In this document: positions 28,382 to 38,833 of the stretch, in pieces
Position numbering within the stretch: the first letter of the stretch is position 1
Layout of the letters: each line of letters begins with the position of its first letter
From: Promethearchaeota archaeon
GTDB taxonomy: Archaea; Asgardarchaeota; Lokiarchaeia; Sigyniarchaeales; SOKP01
Direction of reading: 5' to 3'
Length of the DNA: 64,000 nt
Assembly (NCBI GenBank): GCA_019058445.1
Contig: JAHPZA010000006.1
Span: forward strand, 928,001-992,000
Notes under the pieces: model-generated
What the model was told of the DNA's origin: nothing
Seen by the model: the letters and a program-made list of their open reading frames with translations, nothing else
Database searches by the model: none
Made by a program: the position numbers and the translations under genes

Positions 28382-29250
28382 TACTTGATACCAAGAAATT
28401 CAATTATTTTATTTTTCATTAATTTACTATTAGGTGTTTTTCCCGTAAACCATTCAAAAGCAATGACTCCTTGGTTAACTAACATATCTAAACCACCTAA
28501 AGTTTTACAACCAACCTCTGCTGCCTCTTTCATCAATTTGGTTTCCATTGGGTTGTATATTACGTCAAAAACAAACAGCTCATCGTGTAATAAATCTTTT
28601 GATATAGGGCTTGCATCAATATGAGGATCCATCCCTATGGGAGTAGCATTAATTAAAATATCAGTTTTTCTGATCAGGTTCGAAATGTTTTTTTCGCTTG
28701 CCAATTCCCCCTCAATATTGGCATCCATATTCTTTTTAATTTCACTTGCGATTGTGACAGCTCTTTCTTTAACGATATCGGTTAATACAATTTTTTTCGC
28801 TTCTTCCGAGAAAAGATAGGCTATGGATCTTGCTACGCCTCCTGAACCTAAAAATAAAATATTTTTACCTTCAATCGAGCATCCAGCGTCCAATAAAGAT
28901 TTCTTAGCTCCTGGAGCATCAGTATTTGTTGCCTTTAAGTATCCTCCTTCATTTTTAACAGTATTAATTGCTCCCATTTTTTCAGCAATAGGATCAATTT
29001 GATCAAGAAATTTTATAATACTATTTTTATGAGGGATTGTTACATTCGCTCCTCTAATACCAAGAAATCGCAATGCATCTACTGCGTTTTCTAAATTATC
29101 GGGATGTACATCAAATGCCACATATACGTAATCCAAACCTAATTCTTGTAATGCGGGATTCCACATCGTAGGAGACATGGAATGTTCAACAGGATGTCCT
29201 ATTATACAGAATATTTTCGTATGCCCAGTTAAAATATACTTTTCAGTCAT
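28381..29250 (-). CDS. aroE: shikimate dehydrogenase
   Basis: GHPVEHSMSP, NVTIPHK, GAINT, NTD, GSGGVARS, NATPIGM, GLDMLVNQG. Confidence 0.92.
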   Translation of the reverse strand: MTEKYILTGHTKIFCIIGHPVEHSMSPTMWNPALQELGLDYVYVAFDVHPDNLENAVDALRFLGIRGANVTIPHKNSIIKFLDQIDPIAEKMGAINTVKNEGGYLKATNTDAPGAKKSLLDAGCSIEGKNILFLGSGGVARSIAYLFSEEAKKIVLTDIVKERAVTIASEIKKNMDANIEGELASEKNISNLIRKTDILINATPIGMDPHIDASPISKDLLHDELFVFDVIYNPMETKLMKEAAEVGCKTLGGLDMLVNQGVIAFEWFTGKTPNSKLMKNKIIEFLGIK

Positions 29251-29375
29251 AAAAATTCAAAACAATATTGGTTTTATTATAGTGAAAATCTAAAGTTTAT
29301 AAAATGTTTCAAAATTAAAATAATTTATAATAGTAACCTTAGTTGGAAAGGGAAATTGAAAGAGAGTCTTCTTAT

Positions 29376-29912
29376 ATGACAAAAGATTCTATTGCTCTTA
29401 TTGGATTTATGGCTACGGGGAAAACATCTATAGGTAAGGCATTGGCTGATAAACTTGGAAATAATTATAATTTTATTGAAACAGATCAATTTATTATTGA
29501 AGACGCTAAAAAATCAATCCCAGAGATTTTTTCTGAAGATGGAGAGATTAGTTTTCGAGAATATGAGATTGCAGCGTGTAAAAAAGCATCAAAACTTAAC
29601 AATGTTGTAATTTCTTGTGGTGGTGGTGTGGTATTAAATAAAATAAATATTGATTATTTAAAGCAAAATAGTCATATTGTATTACTTCAAGCTACAGCTG
29701 AAGAAATATATAAAAGAGCAATGAAAGATGGTCAAGAAACTCGACCTGTGATTGATAAAGAAGATCCAAAAGCAGAAATTGAAAAAGTCTTAGTTTTCAG
29801 AAAACCATTTTATGAAGCAGCAGCTGAAATAATAATAGACACGACGGGAAGAGATCTCGAAGAAATTGTTGAAGAGATCATACGAAAAACAAAGATACGA
29901 AGTGGAGATTAA
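29376..29912 (+). CDS. aroK: shikimate kinase, bacterial AroK/AroL (NMP-kinase fold) type
   Basis: LIGFMATGKTS, D..I, IPEIF...GE..FR..E, CGGGVV, RP, R...Y. The track start is 29343. Confidence 0.9.
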   Translation: MTKDSIALIGFMATGKTSIGKALADKLGNNYNFIETDQFIIEDAKKSIPEIFSEDGEISFREYEIAACKKASKLNNVVISCGGGVVLNKINIDYLKQNSHIVLLQATAEEIYKRAMKDGQETRPVIDKEDPKAEIEKVLVFRKPFYEAAAEIIIDTTGRDLEEIVEEIIRKTKIRSGD

Positions 29913-29915
29913 AAA

Positions 29916-30761
29916 TTGACTCTTGCTAATGAATTTATTGAAGTAATCCACCAAATTCCTGATACAATTGATATCCCTCTAATTCAAGAAATTTATATTC
30001 CCTGTCAAGATAAAAAAAAGAGGGATCCTCAAAAATCGAATTTTGGAGCAATAAAATTAGAAGATGGTACAGTGGGAGTTGTATATATTAGTTTATCACC
30101 AAATATAAAAGAAATTGGAGAAAACACAGATTTAACTAAATTTAAAGGGATGAGTCCATTAGATCTTGCTAAAGAGTTCACATCTTCAGAGAGTTTTCAA
30201 AAGACATTAGGATTCGGAGCAATTAATACGATAAGTCAATATATTTTTCAAAAATCAAACTTTTCTTTAGATTTTACCACTGATTCTCTTGGTTTGCTAC
30301 AATTAAACCATACAGATAATCCGGGAATGGTCGGATTTTTTCCACCATTAGTAGCTCAAATAAAAAAAATGGGACTTAAACTTACCGTTATTGAAAAAAA
30401 AGCTAAATTAGTACAAAAAACTAATAATTGGGAAGTAACATTGGATCCCGCTCGATTAGAAACATGTAATAAGGTTTTGATTACAAGTACTACAATCCTT
30501 AATGAATCTATAGATGAAATTTTAAGATTTTGTTCCAATGCTGAAAAAATTTCGATTATAGGTCCTACTGGAGGATTTTTTCCTGATCCACTCTTTTCAA
30601 GAGGAGTCAATATTGTTGGAGGAACCTATATACATAATTCAAATCTATTTATGGAGCTTATTTCAAAAAATGAGCGCTGGGGGCCATCAACCAGAAAATA
30701 TTGTATTCAAAAAAGTAATTATCCGGGAATAACTACCTTATTGAATCGCATAAAAAAATAG
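29916..30761 (+). CDS. DUF364 family Rossmann-like protein
   Basis: LGFGAINTISQ, MVGFFPP, ITSTTILN.SID.IL, IGPT...PD.LF..GV. Confidence 0.75.
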   Translation: MTLANEFIEVIHQIPDTIDIPLIQEIYIPCQDKKKRDPQKSNFGAIKLEDGTVGVVYISLSPNIKEIGENTDLTKFKGMSPLDLAKEFTSSESFQKTLGFGAINTISQYIFQKSNFSLDFTTDSLGLLQLNHTDNPGMVGFFPPLVAQIKKMGLKLTVIEKKAKLVQKTNNWEVTLDPARLETCNKVLITSTTILNESIDEILRFCSNAEKISIIGPTGGFFPDPLFSRGVNIVGGTYIHNSNLFMELISKNERWGPSTRKYCIQKSNYPGITTLLNRIKK

Positions 30762-30899
30762 AATTGAATTGTGAATTGTTTGCTTCTTTTCAATTGTTTG
30801 AGAAATTAACACAAACAGTACAAATAAAACCTAAATTTAAATTTATCAAAACTATTTTGGTTTTAACAATAAGAATGTATTTTTAAGATTTTTAAAACC

Positions 30900-31070
30900 A
30901 TGTCAGACTATAAACGAATAAAATGCCCAGAATGTGGAAATGAAAATCCGCGTAAGCTACATGAAGAAAATGATAAAAATGAAGTATTATATTTCTCTAT
31001 GCAGGGAACTCCTGTATATAAGAAGATAATAAAATGTGGAGATTGCGGATATACTTTCAAGAAAGACTAA
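30900..31070 (+). CDS. small zinc-ribbon protein (56 aa), not in ORF track
   Basis: Manual translation MSDYKRIKCPECGNENPRKLHEENDKNEVLYFSMQGTPVYKKIIKCGDCGYTFKKD*. Confidence 0.8.
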   Translation: MSDYKRIKCPECGNENPRKLHEENDKNEVLYFSMQGTPVYKKIIKCGDCGYTFKKD

Positions 31071-31255
31071 GAGACAATTAAAATACTTTTTTACGAATCT
31101 ACTGAGTTTCTAAAAAAATATTTTTTTTATGTTTTTTCTTTTGCTCATTTTAGGAACACTTATATTTAGATTTCATATTTCAGCATAAATTCAACTAATT
31201 CTTCATGTTGTCTTAAAAAGTTATTTATAATAATTGTAGGACTTATAAGAACTAA

Positions 31256-32467
31256 TTATAGAGATAAAATAATTTTATTTTGTGCTTTTAGCATATCTTC
31301 CATAATCAATTCAAACGCCTCTTTAATATCAGGAATATTTTTTCCTTCCGCGGGAAGACTCCTTTTTGCATTGACACTTGCCATTAATACTTCATTTAAT
31401 CCACGAAGAATCATATCTGGACTGTACCAAGGACGTTTGGAAGCCCACCACTGCTGACAAGAATGAATCCCACGATCAAGTAAGTTACGGGCATTATCAA
31501 AAATAGATTTTTTCTCTTGGTTCATACAGTCCCGATATTTCGCAGATAAGTGTATAAGTGTAAGGGCATACATAAAAAATCGGTGTTGCTCGATGTGAAT
31601 TTCGTTATTGGGATCAAACCAAAGGGGAAAAGGGACGTCATGAAGCAGATCAGTATGCATTGTAGACCAGCTGGAGGCTCTAGGATTCTGTACATCTCCT
31701 AAGGGAAATTTATCGATGATTTCTGAAATGGTGCAAATTTTTACATCACCTCGACTAGGAAGAGCATCAAATAAAGGAATAAGAAAATTTGTTATGGCAT
31801 GCTTGACATGGTGACCATAGGTTTCCCCATCCATCGCCAAAATTACGTAATAGTCATCGGAAGTATGCTTATAATATAAGCGCTCGATAAAAGTATCAAC
31901 CGTATTGATTTTATCAAACGCACAGTCAATAGAGATGTAATCATCCCGGAAGAGTAATTTTAATCCATTAGGATGATGTGATATGAAAGTTGTAGGAAAC
32001 TCCGGTAAAGTATTCGCAATTCCGCTCATAATTATCCAATCAAATCCCATATCTTTGACAACAGAGATTACTTCCTCGGAAACTGCCATTTCAGGGGGAA
32101 AAAACCCTCTAGTTTTATAAACATTGCCAAAAAATTGATGATTTGTCCTATTATTCAGGTCGATTTGACGTCTAATTTCGGGGGCGGGGATAAGAGGTAA
32201 GAGCGGATGGAATTTTCCCGAGCCGGTAAATTCGATCTGCCCCCTAGATGCAAGAGTCGCTATTCTTTCAATTAAATCAACATAACCGAAATCATTCAAC
32301 TGTTCTGTTAAAGTACCATTAATATTAAGTGTCACTTTCACTTCTGGATGGTTTTTTAATGCATTGATAATCGGTTTATATGATTCATTGACAATTTGTT
32401 TAATAACTGGCGGGATTTGTATTGGAGGTTGATATATATGAAATAAGAAACTAAAATATACCACCAT
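31256..32467 (-). CDS. glycoside hydrolase family 57 protein
   Basis: HIYQP, HPLLPLI, nucleophile region FFPPEMA, acid/base region AMDGETYGHH, SSWS. Confidence 0.85.
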   Translation of the reverse strand: MVVYFSFLFHIYQPPIQIPPVIKQIVNESYKPIINALKNHPEVKVTLNINGTLTEQLNDFGYVDLIERIATLASRGQIEFTGSGKFHPLLPLIPAPEIRRQIDLNNRTNHQFFGNVYKTRGFFPPEMAVSEEVISVVKDMGFDWIIMSGIANTLPEFPTTFISHHPNGLKLLFRDDYISIDCAFDKINTVDTFIERLYYKHTSDDYYVILAMDGETYGHHVKHAITNFLIPLFDALPSRGDVKICTISEIIDKFPLGDVQNPRASSWSTMHTDLLHDVPFPLWFDPNNEIHIEQHRFFMYALTLIHLSAKYRDCMNQEKKSIFDNARNLLDRGIHSCQQWWASKRPWYSPDMILRGLNEVLMASVNAKRSLPAEGKNIPDIKEAFELIMEDMLKAQNKIILSL

Positions 32468-32540
32468 GATATATCATATTGAATGGATTATTTTTTAATT
32501 TTGAGATTTATTATATTCAATATAAGATTACATAACTGGC

Positions 32541-33383
32541 TTACAATACAGGAGGGCCTTGAAGGATTCTTTCAAGCATTTTTTTTGGTGAGTTGGAAAA
32601 CCTTAAGTCATTTATTCTTTCGCTCCACCATGTAATTCCTGCTTCTATATAGGGCTTTACAACCTTAGCTCCTTCTTCTGGATTGCCCGGAGTTTCTCCC
32701 GCGAAAAAAACATCAAAATTACCGGTTTTGGAACGGTTTTTTTTTATAAATTCTAAGATTTCTGTAATTTCCGCTGGAGTTAATAATTGAGGATGTCTAA
32801 TACTACTAGGGCATATTCCATCGAATCGAGCAGCACGAAGGAAAGGTTTTTTATGAGGCCACATTCCCGCAACCCAGATAGGAATATGATCATTTACGGG
32901 AGTGGGAAGAAATTTAATTTTTCTTACCGTGAAATAGTCTCCTCTATATTTAAAAGGTTCTCCCGACCATAATCCCCTTATAATATCAAGTCCCTCATCG
33001 AGTTTTTTAGCACGAATTCGAGGATCCTTTTCTTCCCCGAAAGTTGTAAATTCGGATGCGGGATCTCCTAATCCTACTCCAAGAATAAATCGACCATTGG
33101 AAAGATGATCTATAGAAGTAACTTCACGAGCTAACTGCCATGGACGACGACGTGGAATGGGAGTGACCATTGTACCAATTTTGATATCTTGGGTTTCCAT
33201 TGCTATAGCGGCAAGTGCGATCCAAGGATCTGTGTATGATAGGCCTAAACCTTTCATGAATGCAATTTGATCATATAAAAAAAACCCATCCCAACCCGCA
33301 TCCTCCGCTTCATGAGCTAATTTAGCAATATCTCTTGGATTATAATAATAACCATAATTTGGAAAATCGATTGCATACTTCAT
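32541..33383 (-). CDS. LLM-class flavin-dependent oxidoreductase
   Basis: AEDAGWDG, DPWIALAAIA..T..I.IGT.VTP.PRRRP, DHLSNGR..LGVGLG, IPIWVAG. Confidence 0.85.
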   Translation of the reverse strand: MKYAIDFPNYGYYYNPRDIAKLAHEAEDAGWDGFFLYDQIAFMKGLGLSYTDPWIALAAIAMETQDIKIGTMVTPIPRRRPWQLAREVTSIDHLSNGRFILGVGLGDPASEFTTFGEEKDPRIRAKKLDEGLDIIRGLWSGEPFKYRGDYFTVRKIKFLPTPVNDHIPIWVAGMWPHKKPFLRAARFDGICPSSIRHPQLLTPAEITEILEFIKKNRSKTGNFDVFFAGETPGNPEEGAKVVKPYIEAGITWWSERINDLRFSNSPKKMLERILQGPPVL

Positions 33384-33570
33384 TAGAATACCTTGTAACT
33401 GATTTACTAAGAATGAATTCGTAATTCTTAATAAAATATTAGTATATTACGAATCTATTTGTTTTATAAAAAACTATTTTTTGATTCATACACTAGAATC
33501 ATTATTAAAATAAGTTGATTAAAAATTATATTTCTCTTCTTAAAGCTAAAATATTATATTATATACTAGA

Positions 33571-35109
33571 ATGAGCACTGGAAATTGTAAGAATATGACC
33601 AAAAGAATAAATCCTATAATTGTGGGCATATCACAATATACACAACCAAAGGATATTCCTCAACCGCTGGATCCTCTTCGTTTAATTTTAAAGACCAGTA
33701 AAAAAGCTCTTGATGATGCAGGAGCAGACAAATTAAAAGATTTTATCGATTCAATATATATGATTAATATTAACAGCTGGTCCTATGAAGATGCTCCTGG
33801 TGAACTTAGTAATATCATTCGCATAAAACCTGTTCAAAAGGTCTTCTTACCTGATGGTGGGGATTCCCCTCAAATGCTAGTCAATCGAGCTGCTAAAGCT
33901 ATAGCCACTGGAAAAAGTCAGGCAGTACTGATTACTGGGGGAGAGGCCTCATATTCGATTTATCGCGCTAGGAAGGGTGAAATCACACTGAATTGGCCAG
34001 AAAAAAAGACTCCAAAATATATGGAAGATAATTTGTGGAATGGTACAAGTGATTTTGAAAATAAATATGGAATGATTTTCCCTTCATGTTCATATGCTTT
34101 ATTTGAATCAACTATACGTGGAGAATCAGGCAGAAGCCTTGAAGAACATCGAGTCTACATGGGCAAGCTTTTTGAACGTTATTCTAAAATTGCCTCTAAA
34201 AATCCGTATGCTTGGAGTCAAAAATCTTATACTGTTGATGAGATCACAATCCCAAGTCCACAGAATCGCAAAGTCATCTATCCTTACACCAAACGCATGT
34301 GTTCAAATTTGTTTGTGGATCAATCAGGTGCTCTGATAATTACAAGCGAAGAAATTGCTAAAAAACTTAAAATTGATCCTACAAGTTGGGTTTATTTAAT
34401 GGGAGGTGCGGACTTTAAAAATATATTTAATATTTCTCAACGTCCGAAGCTGTTTGATTCACCTGCAGCAAGGAAAGGATCGAAACGTGCATTAGAACAA
34501 GCAGGCCTTTCACTTGGAGATATAGATGTATTTGACATATATAGTTGCTTTCCTTCTATAGTACAAATTATTACAAATGAAATGGATCTTTCTGTTGATG
34601 ATCCCCGTGATCTTACAATAACTGGGGGGCTTCCTTATTTCGGAGGCCCTTGGAGTAATTATTCACTTCACGCAATAATTACCGCAGTCGATATTATTCG
34701 TAAAAATCGCTCTAAAAAAATAATGGTTGTAGCAAATGGAGGATACAATACGAAGCAATCATTTGGAATATATGGTAATCAACCTCCAGTTATACCATGG
34801 GAAGAACGTGATGATACAGAAATTCAAAAAGAGATTCTAAGGGAAGCATTACCAGATCCAGTGAAAGAAGCAAATGGACAGATAACAATAGAAGCTTATA
34901 CAATCTATTATGAGCGAGATGGAAGACCAAAACGAGGTATTGTTATAGGATATTTAGAAGATGGAAGTCGTACATTCGCTAGAATTGAAGATAAACCTGA
35001 GAGATTAGAAGAGTTAGAACATCAAAACCTTCTTGGAAGAACTTTTCATGTTCATTTTGATAAAGAGAGCGAAGTTAATTTAATATCGTTAAATGAAGAA
35101 TTGAATTAA
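33571..35109 (+). CDS. thiolase-like protein (TLP1 / acetyl-CoA acetyltransferase-like) with extra C-terminal domain
   Basis: P.IVG..Q, GGDSPQ, GGEA, YPYTK, VDQ, DIYSCFP, TITGGLPYFGGP.SNY, ANGG, IEAYTI.Y. Confidence 0.8.
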   Translation: MSTGNCKNMTKRINPIIVGISQYTQPKDIPQPLDPLRLILKTSKKALDDAGADKLKDFIDSIYMININSWSYEDAPGELSNIIRIKPVQKVFLPDGGDSPQMLVNRAAKAIATGKSQAVLITGGEASYSIYRARKGEITLNWPEKKTPKYMEDNLWNGTSDFENKYGMIFPSCSYALFESTIRGESGRSLEEHRVYMGKLFERYSKIASKNPYAWSQKSYTVDEITIPSPQNRKVIYPYTKRMCSNLFVDQSGALIITSEEIAKKLKIDPTSWVYLMGGADFKNIFNISQRPKLFDSPAARKGSKRALEQAGLSLGDIDVFDIYSCFPSIVQIITNEMDLSVDDPRDLTITGGLPYFGGPWSNYSLHAIITAVDIIRKNRSKKIMVVANGGYNTKQSFGIYGNQPPVIPWEERDDTEIQKEILREALPDPVKEANGQITIEAYTIYYERDGRPKRGIVIGYLEDGSRTFARIEDKPERLEELEHQNLLGRTFHVHFDKESEVNLISLNEELN

Positions 35110-35135
35110 ACATAAGATAAAATAAGACCACAGCT

Positions 35136-36410
35136 ATGTTTTCTAAAGATAGTACTGACCGATATACTGCTGATTTTAATATTATGATAAAAATAGCTAT
35201 TTTAACTAGCTTAGGATTCTTTTTTATGGGATTTTTAATTCCCATTATAAGTAGGCAAAACATGAATGCCACGGGCTTAGAAATTGGATTAATTATTTCT
35301 GCAATGGTTATTGGTTTTACATTAAGTAGCTCATTCGTCGGAGTTCTTACTGATCGAACAAAATCAAAGCGTCTTCTCATATTCATAGGCTCAATGGGAC
35401 GGGGCATTTCCTACGTAATTTTTTATATCAGCATCATTATAAACGTCTTAATAGGTATGTGGGTAGGAATGTTTATATTAGGTTTTTTTGCTGGATTTTT
35501 TTGGATACCTTTTGATACTCTTATTGCAGAGAAATCTAATAAGAATAACCGTTCTCAAGCTTTTGGAAAGAGAGATTCGGCAAATGCCATAGGACAGGTA
35601 ATTGGAGGATTAATCGGATTTGGGATCTTACTTACTGTGGGAATATTTACTGACAATCCGTTTTATTTATATAGTGCCATTCTAATATTTGGTAGCGCAA
35701 ATTTTATAGCAGGAATCTTATTTATGAGGTATGTGGACGAATCTATTAAATTTTACGATGATAATGTGGTGTCAAATGAAAATGAAGATGATAAGATAGA
35801 TTCGTCTATATTTAAATTTCCCAAACCTATGATAGTTGGTTTACTTGTTCTTTTTAGCGTAGTTCTCATGGCTAGTATTAACGGAAATTTAGCGAAGCCT
35901 TTTTTAAATATTTATATCATCGAAAATCTTAGTGATAATTTGTACATTGTCATTCTTATCTATTTACCATCTGGTTTATTAGCCACATTTCTCGCTCCAA
36001 AATTAGGAGAAATTGTTGATAAACTTGAACCTAGAATTGCAATTGTTATGCTAAGTTTGTCTGGAGCGATTGTGACATGGTTCTTAATAAACACTCAAAA
36101 TCTTGTTTTATTTACTATTCTTTTATTAATAGATATCACGATTGCTATTTCTTCTGGGTTATTATTTCGAAATCTTTTGAGCAGAATAACTATAGAACAC
36201 CGCGGAAAGATTTTAGGGATTTGTTCATTTTTTGCAAATGTTGGATCTATTATTGGTCCTATTTTAGGAGGGTTTGTATGGGATATATCTGGACCAAAAG
36301 CCCCATTTATAGTTTCGATATTTGTTGAATTATGTTTGATCCCGCTTTACTTTATTGTAGTTCATTTGTTATTACCTCACGTGGCTGAAACATATGAAAA
36401 AGATGAGTAA
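35136..36410 (+). CDS. MFS transporter
   Basis: 12 TM; G.LTDR..KR motif A and G.IVDK; IGPILGG. Confidence 0.85.
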   Translation: MFSKDSTDRYTADFNIMIKIAILTSLGFFFMGFLIPIISRQNMNATGLEIGLIISAMVIGFTLSSSFVGVLTDRTKSKRLLIFIGSMGRGISYVIFYISIIINVLIGMWVGMFILGFFAGFFWIPFDTLIAEKSNKNNRSQAFGKRDSANAIGQVIGGLIGFGILLTVGIFTDNPFYLYSAILIFGSANFIAGILFMRYVDESIKFYDDNVVSNENEDDKIDSSIFKFPKPMIVGLLVLFSVVLMASINGNLAKPFLNIYIIENLSDNLYIVILIYLPSGLLATFLAPKLGEIVDKLEPRIAIVMLSLSGAIVTWFLINTQNLVLFTILLLIDITIAISSGLLFRNLLSRITIEHRGKILGICSFFANVGSIIGPILGGFVWDISGPKAPFIVSIFVELCLIPLYFIVVHLLLPHVAETYEKDE

Positions 36411-36485
36411 AAACTGATCCTAGATTGCTTAAGCAATGACGTTTTTGTCAAATCGAAATGGATTTAAAATTTTTAATATTTCTAT

Positions 36486-37997
36486 GTGACAATGAAAATT
36501 AAATCTTGTCCCATAATTGTTGGGGTAGCCCAATACACCCAGCCTAAAGACATATCACAGCCACTTGACCCGCTTAATCTAATGGTTAACACATGCCAAA
36601 AGGCTTTTTTTGACACAGGAAATGTGGAAATAAAGAATAATATTGATACATTGTACATGGTAAACATTAATAGCTGGTCTTATAAAGATGCCCCCAGTGA
36701 ACTCAGTAACATCCTTGGTATAAATCCGGGGCAAAAAGTTTATTTACCAGATGGTGGGGATTCACCTCAGATGCTAGTCAATAGAGGTGCTAAAGCTATT
36801 GCGTCTGGAAGAAGTAAAGCTATTCTTATAACAGGCGGAGAAGCTGCCTATTCAGTTTATCGTGAAAGAAAAAAAAAAATAAGATTAAATTGGCCAAGGA
36901 AAAAAACCCATAAATATATAGAAAAGAATTCGCAGCCTTATACATCTGGATTTGAAAACAAATATGGGATGATTTATCCTTCTTGTACATATGCTATGTT
37001 TGAAACAGCTGTACGTGCAGCATCGGGGAGAAGTCTTGAACAACAAAGGGAGTATATTGGTAAATTATTTGAGCATTATTCTAAAATAGCTTCAAAAAAT
37101 CCTTATGCGTGGAGCCAAAAATCCTATACAGCTCAAGAAATTTGTACTCCCTCTCCAAAGAATCGTAATATAATGTATCCTTACACCAAACATATGTGTT
37201 CAAATATATTTGTTGATCAGTCAGCCTCATTGATAATGACGAGTGAAAAAATAGCCGAGGAACTAAATATTGATCCTAAACGCAGGGTTTACCCTATGGG
37301 GGGTGCTGATTTAAAAAATATCTTAAGTATTATTAGTCGTCCAAACCTCTACGATTCTCCCGCAGCCAGAGAAGGGTCACGACTCGCATTAAAGCAAGCG
37401 GGTCTTACAGTTGAAGATATTGATGCTTTTGACATCTATAATTGCTTTCCTTCCATGGTACAAATAATTATGAATGAAATTGGTCTTTCTGTCGATGATC
37501 CTCGTGATCTTACGATAACAGGAGGGCTTCCTTACTTTGGTGGACCCCTTAGCAATTATTCAATGCATGCTATAATTGATAGTGTTAATTTAATCCGTAA
37601 AGATCCCGCTAAAAAAATTATGGTGGTAGCCAATGGAGGATATAACACTAAACAATCCTTTGGAATTTATGGGACTCAACCACCTGTGATACCTTGGGAT
37701 GAACGAAATGATTTAGAAATACAGCAGTCTATTTTTTCGAAATCTGTACCGGAGCCGATTGAGGTAGCAAATAGTCAAATTACAATTGAAGCATACACGA
37801 TTTATTATGACCGAAATGGAATGCCAAAACGAGTAATTGTATGTGGGCATCTAGAAAATGGTCGTCGAACACTTGCTATAATTGAAGAGGCACCGGAGTT
37901 ATTGGAAAACTTGGAAAACCAGGAACTTGTTGGAAAAGTATTCCCCGTTCATCATGATTCCAATGAGGATTTTAATTTCATTTCCATTAAGGATTAA
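36486..37997 (+). CDS. thiolase-like protein (TLP1-type), paralog of 33571
   Basis: Same motifs (GGDSPQ, DIYNCFP, GGLPYFGGP); highly similar to 33571. Confidence 0.8.
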   Translation: MTMKIKSCPIIVGVAQYTQPKDISQPLDPLNLMVNTCQKAFFDTGNVEIKNNIDTLYMVNINSWSYKDAPSELSNILGINPGQKVYLPDGGDSPQMLVNRGAKAIASGRSKAILITGGEAAYSVYRERKKKIRLNWPRKKTHKYIEKNSQPYTSGFENKYGMIYPSCTYAMFETAVRAASGRSLEQQREYIGKLFEHYSKIASKNPYAWSQKSYTAQEICTPSPKNRNIMYPYTKHMCSNIFVDQSASLIMTSEKIAEELNIDPKRRVYPMGGADLKNILSIISRPNLYDSPAAREGSRLALKQAGLTVEDIDAFDIYNCFPSMVQIIMNEIGLSVDDPRDLTITGGLPYFGGPLSNYSMHAIIDSVNLIRKDPAKKIMVVANGGYNTKQSFGIYGTQPPVIPWDERNDLEIQQSIFSKSVPEPIEVANSQITIEAYTIYYDRNGMPKRVIVCGHLENGRRTLAIIEEAPELLENLENQELVGKVFPVHHDSNEDFNFISIKD

Positions 37998-38771
37998 TTA
38001 ATCATTGTGAATCTCTAATGTGTCTAAGTCATCCGGAATAACAATTTCCTTATTAAATATTTCTTTTAAGTTTTTTATAGATTTTACCACCTTCTTCGCA
38101 AAGAGCGGGTAAAGGTGAACTAAGACCAATTTTTGACTGTTAGCGTCTCTAGCCATTTTTACTGCATCAGTGGGAGTGCTATGTCCATATTCATCTGCAA
38201 ATTTACTATATTTATCTGGCAATGTTGATTCACATATAAAAACTTCACAGTTTTCTGCTAATTTAACTAAATGCGGGATAGGTCTTGTATCTCCAGAGTA
38301 ACAAACAGAGTTATTATTTTTTTCTATACGATAAGCAAAGGCAATTATAGCATGATCCATCTTGGCGCTTTTTATTGTATAATCTCCTTTAAATTCTTGA
38401 ATCTCATTTGTATCATGTAACTCATTAAAGCGAATATTGAAATTAAATGCGCCAAATCCACCGGGAACGTTTAGTAAGGTAAATATTTTTTCAGTAGTAG
38501 CTTTTGTGTGGGGAGGACCAATAATTGTCAAGTCTTTGGTTCTATTACTGAGCCAGTAATGCCAGAGTAAGGAAAATAATCCCGAGAAATGATCTCCATG
38601 TAAATGTGTTATACAGATTATATTAATTGTATCTATTGCTTTTAATCGCAATAATTTCTGAGTACAGCCCTCACCGCAATCAAGAAAAAGATCGTTATTT
38701 ATTAAAAGTGAGGGAAAAGTTCGGTTCTCCGTCATGAGACTACCTGTTGTTCCTAAGAAAGTGATTTTCAT
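37998..38771 (-). CDS. RNase Z / ElaC-AtsA family metallo-beta-lactamase fold hydrolase
   Basis: LGT.G, DCGEG, THLHGDH, YSGDT.P, HST, LVH. It lacks an obvious long tRNA-binding exosite. Confidence 0.8.
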   Translation of the reverse strand: MKITFLGTTGSLMTENRTFPSLLINNDLFLDCGEGCTQKLLRLKAIDTINIICITHLHGDHFSGLFSLLWHYWLSNRTKDLTIIGPPHTKATTEKIFTLLNVPGGFGAFNFNIRFNELHDTNEIQEFKGDYTIKSAKMDHAIIAFAYRIEKNNNSVCYSGDTRPIPHLVKLAENCEVFICESTLPDKYSKFADEYGHSTPTDAVKMARDANSQKLVLVHLYPLFAKKVVKSIKNLKEIFNKEIVIPDDLDTLEIHND

Positions 38772-38833
38772 CTTAAATACCTATTAATTTACTTTAGACT
38801 ATTAAATATTATTTAGTATATAAGAAATTGGAA

